64,000 nt of DNA from assembly GCA_003344405.1 (NCBI GenBank), contig NOWV01000147.1, positions 62,001 to 126,000 of the forward strand, read 5' to 3'. The stretch comes from Trichoplax sp. H2. Its lineage: Eukaryota. The notes below the pieces were generated by a model that had not been told where the DNA came from, did not search any database, and saw only the letters and a list, made by a program, of their open reading frames with translations. Position 1 is the first letter of the stretch, and the number at the start of each line of letters is the position of its first letter. The translations under genes and the position numbers were made by a program. Of the stretch, positions 13,430-26,365 are shown in pieces.

Positions 13430-16400
13430 TTACAATTCATCACGAGAATCTCGGTTGGGATATTCGTCGGCGTCTTCGTCTTCATCTGGCATCTGCATTT
13501 CTTCCTCCTCTTCATCGCCATTTCCTTCATCCTTATTTTCTCCCTTAGTTGCAAGTTCTTTTCGGCTCGTAAAAAGTGGATCTTCTCCATCCTCGAACTG
13601 AGTATAACCTTCTTTCACACGAATTCCTTCACCTTCCCCTTTTCGGTAAAAATCATACTTTTTTTCCGCATCACCATCATAGTAGATTTCCATTGGATCA
13701 ACCTTTGGCACCTGTTCCCTTTGATCGCGATACACAAAAACATCTGCATAGTCGTTAACGTGTTCAGGTGGCATATCATCTTCAAATAAGTTTAATACAC
13801 GTTTCATGTTCTTTTTTCGTTCCTTTTTGCTGATTTTGCCATCTTTATCGTTGTCAAACTCTTGTATAACCTATATAATCATCATCAATAAATTGTTTAA
13901 AGGTTGGTTATTATTATTTTCATTTTATGAATTACGCGTGTGTTATAGTCGTCAAAATCGAACAAGATAAAACTTTTATTAGCTCGCGTTCTATATGATA
14001 TTCTAACTAATATATACAAGAGAAATACTAGAAATGCGCTGACCTCAATAGCTACTCGTTCCGATCCACCCAGGTTACGCTAGATAAAAAATATTTTATA
14101 GCCGTTCAAGCCAAGCATTAAATAGAAGCTCTAAACCTAATTCGATAGCTTAAATATTATGTGTAACGCATTCAAAGCTTAATAATATTTGCATATATAA
14201 AAATTTACCCTATAATATTCTTTAAATTGTTCACAGTCAATGCCACCCTTTTCATCTTTTACTTCACGAAAGACCTCCCTATAGATCGTCAAAATGCGAT
14301 AATAACATATAAGATTAGGTTTGAAAGCAAGCAATTTTTACGCAGAAGTTCCAGATATAATAATCAACATAATTAAAATTATTGTATAGCGCAATTTATT
14401 ATTGCCGTTCTACCGATGATGATCACGCACAATTTTAACAAATCAAGTATCCAATACAATTAACAAAGCTATGGTATCCTTTTAAAATGGATATAGGGAA
14501 CAATCCTGCAAACTTTTTAATTGATATATTGTAAATAGGGTACAATTATTGATACCTCATTTGATCTTTAGTAAACAAGCGATACTCATATTGTAGTGTG
14601 TTAACAGGATCCAATTCTGATATGAAAATTATCGGTTTAAACGCATCCATAGGTAAAGCCGATATTTCGTCCACGGTGATAAATTTTTTATTTTTCAATT
14701 TAAAGTTTTCAATAGCCTATATTAGAAAACACCTATTTCTTACTCTCTACGGTGTATATGCAATATGAAATATCAAGCATAGATTTCAATAGATTCAAGA
14801 TAGACTGGATAATTAATATAAATTGCATTCAGTAATTTTTGTTGCAACAATAATATAATCCATGGTAAGATAGAAATTCCTGTAAAGTGCTTACTTTCTT
14901 TCTTGCTTCACGTCTTTTTTGTGGATCTTCCGGAAGTATAGTCTAAAACGAATCATTTTAGGTGATTATTGAGCTAGATATTCCTGATTTGTCATAAATA
15001 TATTGCCAATGAAGTAAGCCTTGATATAGATAAGTGCCTTATTCCAATTATCGTTGCAGTACTTTTTAGCTAAACTATTCGTAAGATCAGCTGATGACGT
15101 AGGAAGATAGCATGATTGCATAAAAAATGAAAATATTTTCATACTGCTCTGTAGTTTTTGGTAATCTACTTAATGTCATCTTATAAAATTGTTGTAGAAC
15201 GTCGTTAATAAAGCAGAAATTGATAACGGTTAATTCTATGATTCTTTATATTCTACCGAACATTATTTTCGTAAAATTGTAATAGAATGTTCTTAGTAAC
15301 GTGATGGCTAATGATATTTTAGCATTATTACAACATATACTTTCAGTATTTTTAGTGCGCTACGCCATGATACGCGATCTTTATTAAATTACACTAAACA
15401 TATCTGAAGCTATTGTGCTCCAAAATATAATTCTCTAGTATTATATCAACATCTAGAGTTTCTGAATAATTCATATATCATTTTCTTCCTCTACAGTATC
15501 GCTTATAGCGGATACTGGATATTATATCAATTCAACATCTATACTAAGTGTAGCAATACCTGTCCTATCCTTTTCATGAAGAGTTTAGTAGTTATATTCT
15601 TCTTTCCTCGGAATGCGCGTAATGCTGCTCTCCTATATGTTTATTATTAAGATTAGTGAACACCTAAGCATAAATTTTCAACTGTATCGTGAAAATTAGT
15701 GTCGCTGAAAAGTAGTAGTGGGCAGTATAAGCCTTCTTTCTTTAACTGACAGAGTAAATATTCGATTGATTAAAATGTTGTTAATACATTATTCTCATTA
15801 AACTTTGTGTCATATAACTTATAAGAGTTGTTCTCATATTTGCTGACAGTTAGAGCCGATCACAGATCAACTACAGTATGTCGTCAATTTTTGTTTTAAG
15901 AGCATACCTGTATACTGCTGGTTCTTGTAATCCCATCGTCAGTGTCGTGGCCCCATCAAAATCCCAAGCAACTGTTGAATCCGCTAAATTTTTAGGTCCT
16001 TGTTTCTCACAACCGGCGTCATTAAACTCCTTAGTATGCGATAAACTGCGAGAAAACAAAAAGGACACGGCCATGTTTTTTTCGCCGTATGATCGGACAT
16101 GATGTAATGTACCTAAAGAGACGATGACGAGTTAATCAATTAACTTTTCTTAGTTATAGACGCTATGGTCGTTCGCAAAAATAAAGTTTATCCATTAAGA
16201 CATTAGTTGTTAATATCTTACTTTGCTCTATTTATTATTATATAAAGACATTATTAAGAGAAAATTGGTAGTCGATATTAGATCTTTGAAATTATTTTTT
16301 CGGTTAAATGTTGTTGAATGATGCAACTTACCATAAGGGACGTATAAGCAATCTCCTGCTGATACGTTAGCAATATGATATGGGCAATCGCGGAATTTTG

Positions 16401-18277
16401 AGAACTGGATTAAATCGACCTTGGTTACTTTAAGTACAGAATAACCTCCACCATCCATAGATGGCTCTTTTGCCAATGGTACCATATATTCATGCTCAGG
16501 TCTAATCAAAATCCAATCTTTCGTCCCATTGAGTACACAATTGAGGATATTGGCTATCGAAAATTGAATAATTACATGAACTTAAGATTAATGCGTATTA
16601 TTTGCGATTAAAGCTATATTAAAACTACAGCAACAAGGCCTTATAATTCAACGTGCTTAATGAAATGCTCACGGGGCGACGAAAGAGTACGTTCAAGTCA
16701 CGAGAATTGCAACAGTTAGTCAAAATGAAATAAAATCTACATGGTATACTACATCTGGCAGAGTCTTAGAGATTCGATGACAAAATCAGGGCTTCTGGTT
16801 CATTTGATGATCAGATAAATTTGAAGATTTACGAACTTGTACATATATCATCCTTAATATTAGCGAGATTCATATGGAAGCAATGACAAACTAAATTGAT
16901 CAAAGAATATCTCCAGTTATTCATCCAGAAAGGCTTCGAACCAATGGTCTTTCTAGCGTAACAGTAAATTAAGTCTAATTTAAAATAATGCTATCGGTTC
17001 CACGTATTTTATAATTTTCTTTTTGAGTCTGAAGTTCATATTTTTGTAATCTAATTGAACACATTAGCAAACAAGGATTACTATTTCAGTAATCGTGTTT
17101 ATAACACTTTCTAACCGTTGATGCTTTTATTAATAAGAAAAGTTTTTCTCTCATTTATTAAATCAATCATGATCGTCAAATGAATGTTTAAGCGATCCAC
17201 CCATCTCTAACGTAAAGTCAATATTAGTGAAGTAGTAAACAAGCATGTCTCCAAGCAGTCTTGCGTTTTCTTTCTGCCACCTTCTATCTTAGTAAATAGG
17301 AAATAGACTACGATAATTATGCTATACTAATTATCATAGAAAAATAATAAACTATTTCGCATCTAAGAGATAAGTTTAACAGTCCTTTGACAATCGATTG
17401 AAATAAAAAAATGACAATGCCAAGACGAGAGACTCTTAACCTTATACAACGTGATGGATATGAAATATGTACAGTTTACGTTTAAGTAATATTGATAATT
17501 GAATCTTAGTTAGGGCTCAAATGACGAGTCGTAATCGTTGCTCTTTAATTTTTGACTACACTAATCTCGTCATAATTAAAAATTAACTTTTATAGGCTAT
17601 ACAATGTGCATAGAAACACAAACTCAAGATTATGATTGCGATGTGAAAAGTATCCAAGTAACAGATCAGTAATTTGATCCTGCTAGTATGTCATTGCTTA
17701 GGAGTTTAATGCATTTCAAATTCTACTTACGCGCATCTTTGTGTAGTAAACTCCTGGTTCCACCACTACTCATCCAGTAATTTACTTCAACGATAGAATC
17801 ATTAAAATCACCGCATGCTAGACAAGGAGGAACTAAGACGTCGCCGTACATCGGTTTAGGGAGTTGAGAAACGATGTACTTATTCTCCTTAACGTAAGTT
17901 GAAACAAAATGTTTAAGAGAGTCGCGAGCTAAGCTAACATCACCGGCTGGATATTGATAACCTTCTCTTTTGCTCTCTAATCGAACATTTAAGTGGCCAT
18001 ACTTTTCCGATATGTACGAATCAGTCCATAAAGATTTGGCCGGGAAATCTTTAGCGGCTCCCTTTATAAGTACCGCTGTCCTTTTACTAACATACTTTCT
18101 CCAAAATTCTTCTGCTGATGGTATTTCTTGCAAAATATCAATATGACCTTCCGAATCGCGGTGTAGCCCTAAATCCTGCATATGACCACGAGGGACTTCT
18201 TGCTGACTCTCCTTTGCCAAAGATAAATTGGCGATTGCCAACAAAAATCCAATCAAAACGACGTAAAAACGATTCAT
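13430..18277 (-). CDS. JmjC + EF-hand ER-resident protein (RDEL), paralog C
   Basis: Exons 18277-17731, 16553-16332, 16112-15908, 15632-15560, 14942-14895, 14716-14556, 14278-14209, 14079-14044, 13870-13430 (600 aa). Signal peptide MNRFYVVLIGFLLAIANLSLA. LLHKDAPNILNCVLNGTKDW ... GTLHHVRS. EF-hand DNDKDGKISKKE. Acidic tail ending SRDEL-stop. Confidence 0.9.
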
Positions 18278-20479
18278 TTTTTATTCGCCAATTTACGTCA
18301 AAAATTGTATCTCGTCGTAACAACGGCCACTAAACTTGATCTATTCCAAGACGCAGTAATCGTGACTAAATGAACTGGATGGCTAAACCACTAGTTAAGG
18401 AAACTATAGAATGAAACACTTCTTTTGTTTATCCTTCTTATTCTTATGATGATCTAACATTCATCAGGTCGTCGATGAACAAACAGTTCCTTGAATAGAT
18501 GACGTCTATTTATTAATTCATATTTAACTTCCATCAAATAAATTATCAATTAGCTCTAGTCGATTATCTACATCAATAATAGGCGTCTTTTATGACTTAC
18601 AGAATCGTAATAGGATATAGACTCATATAGTTATGGCACAAAACATTCAATATGTAAAGTTAAAAGCTTTCAATTGTCCTTATTTTAGCCTATTAAGAAA
18701 TTACTACTATTTAAATTCAGTAGATTCCACCCATATGAACCGATTGTGAACCGAACTCTTGGCATATCTACTGTTATTCGACATGAATTACAAACAGCTA
18801 AATTAATATTAAATGCTGCTTCTATATATTATAAGCTGAGAAATGACTTTATTGTGATTAGATTAATATACTGATTCTGAATAATATGGAAAATATAGAC
18901 GTCGCAGATTATATAAATTTTTAGCACATAAAATTAAATTTCACTTTTTGAGTAAGAAATACCTTATGCTAATCGCCAATGATCGATCACTAATTAATTT
19001 AGGGTTATAGTAGTTCTAAATTGAAACAAAGAAGCAACATTTTATTAATTATAATTGCTGAATATTATGTGATGATGACAGTAAGACGACGCTGAAGAAA
19101 TGGCAAAGGATCATTTGTCATTGGACTAGCCAAGGAAATGAAGCTTTCGTCTAGTTTAACGCATACTGTATTTACTCGTATACTGAGTGATCATGAGATT
19201 GATGTGTGAAAATGTTTAGTCTAGGGTAGTAGCTAATTGAATCATTACCATTTCACTAAGTTGGATCGTTAAATAGATAACAATTTAAGATAGAATATCG
19301 ATAAAAATCATCTTTGAAAGTGATTTAGACTTAATATAAGAAAAAGTTCTTTCGATTCCCATCCACCATTTCACAAAGAACACTCAGAATTTACAGAAAT
19401 CATATTTTTGTTGTCAACTTATAACTAATATCACTTGATAACATAGACATGATGATGAAAATAATGATTTCAATTTATGGTTTATTTTGATCAGAATGTT
19501 CACGATAATTTCGCCACAAATGTTAGCACTATGTAATGAAAATATTCAACAACGTAGATGTGATATAAATTCATCACCATTTCGAACACATTCTATTAGT
19601 TTTACTTTGTAGCTTTCAGTGAAGAGCTACCGTGCTAAGATAACTCAACTTTAATTCCTGTGGTACTTGCAAGTTTCATGCCACGATTTTAGGTGGTAAA
19701 TTGAATTCTTATTCATTCATTTTTAAATCATAGTATCATATTATTTATTACGGAGACTTTCTATAGTAAAAATATCATATTAGTGATTTAAAGCATGAGA
19801 AACTGCCTGCTAGTGGGTCGAAAGGGGAAGGGAAATTATTTCGTTGAATAGCTTGAGTGCTCGTAGCAACGCAGTTTTTTAATCAAAAGTCAAATTCAAA
19901 ATTCAAAAGTCCAACAATGTGACGTTAGCTAGTAATAATATATTAGAAGTCAAATTTCGTACAAGTAACTACTAGCACATACTGAAATATAAATAGATCT
20001 TCGTACTTTTTGATATGGCAAAAGGATTAGCCATCGATAATATCGAAAGAAACTTTAGTAGATCGTGAAACAGTAGAGCTTATTATCATCGTCATTATTT
20101 ACTTTCTATGCCTTTTCTTAGCATGATAAAAAAAAGTTCGGCTCTTATAGCTAATTCTATTGTTATAATTAACTGTCTATAATCGTATAGGTGTGCCTAT
20201 CATTGAATTTTACGTGATTTTCACCAAATACAGTCATAAAAAGAAACCCTATGCATGTCTGTGATGTAGCGAAAGCTTAGAAAAGGAATACGGTAACAAA
20301 GCTCCAAGCGTTTTATAGATTACTTTCGACTGTGGCCAATTTACTTTAGCGCTTAGTATCTATATTTATACCACTCATTTCATAAGCAAGACTAAATGAG
20401 ATATAATAATTAGAACGTATCAATTCTTATCACATTAATTCCTGAACTTATTTTATTGCAAATACATTATGTACAAATT

Positions 20480-23400
20480 ATGGATGGCAATAACAAATAC
20501 TTTGTGTTGATACTGCTCCATTTGTCACTAGCTTCCACTCATACTCTGCGTGGTCATTTACAACCTCTCGGTTTTCAACGTGATACTGATGGCGATATAA
20601 CTACTCTTTCTATCTTACCAAGCAATGAAGAGTTTTATCAACTGTTGATAAACAAGGAGACTGCTTTACTTAAAAATGCTGCTAAGCGTAGTCCAGCTAT
20701 TGATCACTGGACAGAAAAATATTTAAAAGAAAAGTATGGCAATCTTACACTTAAACTGGAAGGGAAGAGTGAAGATCAGACAAGACCGGAAGGAAGCTTA
20801 GGCTTAGGATTTGATACTATTAGTAACTTCATTGACAGCTACCATGTCCAACCAAAGTATGCGGTTACACAATTACCTGATCCAATGCGTCATGAAATCT
20901 TCGTTATGCCATTTATGAGATGTGGACCCTTATCCACGAGTGTTATTGAAAGCCATTTATGGATGAGCTCAGGGCAAACCAACAGCAGATTACACCGAGA
21001 TAACAGTAAGACTACATTAGAAGTAAACCAGTATCCATGTCCATTTTGATAGCCAATTTTACTCAATATCGAATGAGATGCCAAGAAATAATGTCTATAA
21101 CAACATTTAAAGAAAAAATCTAAATAAAAACTTTCAATATAGATAGGCTCTTTATTGTATCTTAATGTTAATTTATAAATACTCGTCCAAAACATTTATA
21201 AAACGACTGAAATCATTCATTCCCTTACTCTTTTTAGCTTATACTCTTCATTGTTCAATTAAAGGCAGGAAAGATTGGATACTAATGGACTCTAAACATC
21301 TAGATAAAATGTACATTAATAATCAGGTGGACAATTTCTCAGGATCATCTTCTATCAACCCAGACCGTGTTAATTTACTACGATATCCTCGTATTGCTGA
21401 GATTCCATTTAAACAGGGAAATATTACTCCTGGTGATTGCATTCTGGTACCGCCAGGTACGAGAAAGATAGTCTCCATCAGTATGACGACACGATGAGTT
21501 AGTTGATTCGTCCTGTAGTAAATTTTTTTCTCACTGCTTATTTTCAGTTTCTAGACGCTTACTACTACACTTGTAAAGTACTCGAAAGCTATCCGAGACA
21601 TTGCTAATTATTTTTAATTAACTTGAGAATTATCCACTCTAGTCACTTTAAGGCGCGGTACAACTTACTATTTAATATAGTCAACACATCTTCTTTAAAT
21701 AAAGTAGGATCTGATTAATAGTTTAAAGAATGCACTTCCAACAATCGTTGTTAACTGATGTATAAAACTAAATGTGCATTCAGGTATGGTCTCAAGTAAT
21801 TTAACACAATTTTATCATTGACGACTAAACCGCCTGTACTATCCTTGTTTAATATGCATCATTGCAAACAATATTGGTAGTGATTGTAAAGTGCGTAATA
21901 CTGTAATTCTACTAATATGCGGTAGCTGATTTCTTCTAAGCTTAAAGTAATCTATTGCATATTTCAAAAGGTTGCGCCCATCAAGTTCGTTCTCATGGCC
22001 CAGTGAATGTTGCCTTTACGTTTTTATTTGAAATTACTGATGACAAACTGAAAAATTTCAATCCTATCCATTGCAGTCAAGACTATGTACCACTAAGTCA
22101 ATACCACCTAAGTTGGAGCTACTCAGGTAGTGGAATCCTTAGCATGGGGAATTCTGAATCCAACACATTTAGGTACGGTACTATGGATTCTTTAGAGTTA
22201 CCTTCTAGTGTGGTGTAGCAGTATTAATTAACTTACCTTTATATATCTTGATTTTCTTGATAATTTACTCTACAAGAAGCAGTTACTACAACAAGATTCT
22301 GCTGCAGTTTGCTGTTTAATTTTTAAAACCGTTTTTGGAATTGGTAGTCTGTCACTATTACTTAACTGTCCATTATCATATCATAACTTTATCCTAAGTA
22401 TTAATTAGTTACCGTTCAATTCATGGTTCATGAAGATACATCAGACTTGGACAATAAAGCTTGACGATATCATTTTATATGTAGGAAGGAAATACTAGAA
22501 CAATGGTTTGGAAAGCGTACTAAAATCCATTTTAATATAATTCAGGATACTTTTGAAGGGGTAATACTTGATTTGAAACTTACCGTTGATGTCTGTTACA
22601 GATTTTTGATCGAATTATTTTCTATATTAGCTACTGAAGTATTATCCTAAAGAAGCAACTAAAGTCACCACACTAGTGAAAGACATTGTAAGTTCCTGTC
22701 AGTTTGCATCAGTGTAAGAGCATAGCCTATAGCAGTGTTCATTAGATTATGAAATAATGAAAAAGTGTGACTTTCTCCCTGTAATTCGTTTTTGGGGCCA
22801 TCATCTATCCGCTCCTTGAAGCTAAAACAATATAATGCCATTAATTCGAATGAAATCGTGTCGAGAGAAAGATGTGAGTCTATTACAATAGAAGACTGGA
22901 GGAAATTCCAATTTATAATTGAATCAGCAACCAATATTCAAAACAATCCTGACTACGAGTACTATCTTACTAGCTACAGATTAGTTAGGTATTGCTTCAG
23001 AATGATCATACAGTTAACCAATATAAATGAGGAATTCATGCCAATAAAATAAATGATAATGCATTTTTTTACAGACAAGTAGCCGAAAAAGCAGTGGTCG
23101 AAACCTCTGGTTTATTTGACAAAATTAAGTTTAAGAACAGTTATAGGGTAAATCAAATTTGCGTCAAATCACTTTTAGTATCTTATATGTTGCGTGTGCA
23201 TATATGTATAATATACCGCAAGCCTCCAATCTGTAATTAATCTCATGCTGAAGGCATTCATTCGATTCATTCTTATAGGCTGCGGGTGGCTCGGGGGCAT
23301 TCGCAGATAAAGTAAGTCAATCAATCTAGCAGTAATTATGATTATAGTCGTATATCTTTACCAATAGTATATTATTTTTAAGTTTTATCATCAAAGTAGT

Positions 23401-23828
23401 TATTATTGCTGATATATTAATGTTGTGCTACATCAAGTACTTAAGGTGTTAATACGCCTATAAGTACCGTACTGCACTGATCGATCATCACCGTCTCCGT
23501 TAATAGCTCTTAATTGTATACTTGACCTCTTTCGACATAATAGATCCTTACAGCCTTGGATTCGAATCAAGACGGACTAATAACTATAAGTGAGGTTGCT
23601 AGTAATCTAGATGTAGCATTAGAAAGTTATAAATTGGTTGAGTATGATGATGATGTCAATGTACCATCCGACGGAGAAGGAGGTAATCAGGAAGACGATG
23701 AAGACCGCGGTGGCGCAAGTGAAGAGGAAGATGAAGGAATAGATTCAGAAGAAGATCCTGATGTTGAAAATAAACAAATGACTTCGTCGTCCGAATATCA
23801 TAATAAGAAGAAACACGATGAATTATGA
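20480..23828 (+). CDS. JmjC + EF-hand ER-resident protein (HDEL), paralog D (most divergent, inverted)
   Basis: Exons 20480-21005, 21238-21456, 21971-22172, 22485-22560, 22631-22687, 22822-22988, 23075-23147, 23279-23311, 23544-23828 (545 aa). RLHRDNTYTLHCSIKGRKDW ... PGDCILVPPGCAHQVRS. EF-hand DSNQDGLITISE. Acidic tail ending KHDEL-stop. Confidence 0.88.
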
Positions 23829-24991
23829 AATACAGTGTGTAAATATCAAATATCAGCAGTTTATTGATATACGAATGCTCTTGTCTAGACGTGTGCCTGG
23901 TTATTACTGTCCAGGGATATAATCCAAATACATGATCGATCATATTGCAACCAGTAATATTTCATTAATCGATGTCAATACTAATTGTAAAACACGATAA
24001 CTATACGTTCATGATATGTTCGAGAATCAACATTATTATTATTTAATCATGCACATATACTCATCTAATTGATATGAATGATTAGATGAGAATACGTTTC
24101 ATAATGGCCCTTTGTTAACTTTAGAAGGATAATTTAACTTTATATGCTGTAGGAGTTTCTGACGAGACTATAAAAGGCTGTTGCCTGAAGATTACTTTTT
24201 AGTAAGTAGCCGGTTAGTTAGTCAACTAGCTTGTCAATTGAATTGTTAAGACTATAATCTTGGTTGTCAAGATTTCTTCAGTATTAAATAGTAGTCATTT
24301 CCTGACTACCTCGTCTACACTATCAGTGGCTGTATAATTATACTATTCGGTCTTTGGAACTGAACTATTTGGTGATATAGCTAATCTCGTCTCTTTCATT
24401 CCGTAAAGGCGTTCTTCGTAAGCGTTGGCGTGTAGACTTACTTTATCACTAGTGGTATATGACATCCACGTTATCATATCTAATTACTAATTATATTGCA
24501 TGATGGAATCAGTAGAGTACGTGCATCCATAGCATGCCTATCTTGATCTATGTAACTACCTCTATCATCATATACATCAGCTTCCAAGTAGTCAAAGCAT
24601 TCTTGTTCTCCATGATGACATATCTCTATCCTAGTAGCTTACCCTTGTAATACCAAATATCCTAAATCATTGCAAATCAGATTGAATACCGGTACCGTGA
24701 TTGGGTGTTTTTATCCAAATTGTGCCTTAAATCAAATCATCATTTGATTTGGATTCGATTTTCAGATTTCATCTGAGAATTAATGGGGACTCGATTTGAT
24801 GGAGATAACTCATTTTTGATTTGATAGAATTCTGGTATAAGAAGTCAATTCCATTCGTAACTGGATTCATAATATCTCAATGTCAAAATTTAGAATCATT
24901 TGATTTCTCCAATGTACTTTTATCCTCATTCAATCTACTGACATCCTATCGACCTGGACCAACTAGCATCGCAGCCATTCCTGTCTTGCAA

Positions 24992-25255
24992 TTTGGGAGT
25001 GAAGCCGCAAAACGCAGGTTTTATTTCTGTACTTTGTTATACATACTGTACAGTACAGAACTAATACTACAGTATACAGTACTGTACTATACGGTACAGT
25101 CTACAGTACTGTACTTGACCGTACAGTAGAGTACAGTGTACAGTGTACAGTACTACACTGAGTGTACTGTACACTGTACCATCAAGTTAAAAAATTCAAA
25201 CATTCCGCGGGAAAGCGCTTCACCTCCCAAACACGTACTGTTCAGTGTACAGTAG
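24992..25255. repeat. GTAC/CAGTA-rich low-complexity tract bracketed by imperfect inverted repeat
   Basis: Dense TACAGTAC/GTACTGTA units at about 25028-25180. Left arm TTTGGGAGTGAAGCCGC (24992-25008) and right arm GCGCTTCACCTCCCAAA (25215-25231) are near reverse complements. Confidence 0.7.
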
Positions 25256-26365
25256 ACACAGAAATCCCTTCAAAGACTGGAGCCAGCCATTTTTTTCCTG
25301 TGGTGGATTTATTCCAGCGCCATTAAGTCTGTGAATTCTACTTTGAAAGATTGAGAATCAATTTAATGACCAACCCAATACAAAAATGCTGACTAGAAGT
25401 GAATTTTTTCTTTGGCATGAATCACTGTAGTGGACTGAAAAAAAAGTTTCAACTCATCTTGTAGTCCAAGTAGAACAAACTGGAAAGCATTTCTTCACTG
25501 ATTACTGACCAAAGTTCTTTTCAACAGCCGTGTTGTTGTCTCCTTGTCATATTGTAACCTAGAATTTGCCATCGCCTATCCTAAGGTACGTATTAAAATT
25601 TTAAAGCAACGAAATGCCGAGTTAACTTGTTGACTAAATACATCACTCTAAAATACCGCCATGATTTCCAACCACATCCATTCTCATGGTTTTCAACACC
25701 AAGGCTAAAATTGGATTACATTGGATAACATGCTGTACATTAGAGTGCAATCTACAATCGGTTACTAGACCATTAGGGATCCAATGTTGTAGCACTAGTA
25801 GTGCAATTAGAGAAGCAAAGGTCCAAATCCGATAGTCAATGGATCCCAAGCATAAATAAGGCTAACTTCTGTCCATCTTTCATTACTAATGAATCACTTT
25901 ATCTTTAACATTGAATTAAAATGCAGCGAAATAAATCATGGTGATAGAATTTATAGACAGGACAGAACTTTTATTTTACCTTAATTTACTCGAACTCCAC
26001 TGTAGTATAGTATGAATAGACTACCTTGAATCTAGATATTACTATGGATTAATACTGTCAATACAATCCTAGCAGTGTTAATGGCACATTTAATGGTGCA
26101 ATGCGATAATAACATGACATCGAATCAAGCAAGACACGATGTTACTGTAACCATGCTGCGTTCGATTTTAACAGTACTGTTTTCTCCATAGCTAACAGAG
26201 TCTGTCATTGGTAGAAAGAGGCAATCTTTGCTGGATGGCACAGACACTGAATAATTAATTTTAGTTAGCTCACAAGGTAAAATCTAAATTCAATCTTAAC
26301 TAAAGAAAGAAGATTAACAGCAACATCTCGATCGATTGAATCAATCTTGTTGATGATCTCATGTC

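Noticed and set aside
24821-25129. 102-aa ORF ending in YTVLYYTVQSTV, and ORFs at 49857-50101
   Set aside because: Translations of the GTAC-rich repeat tracts, not protein-like.
25028-25180. Possible CRISPR-like array
   Set aside because: No constant repeat with unique spacers, eukaryotic context, no cas genes; simple degenerate repeat.
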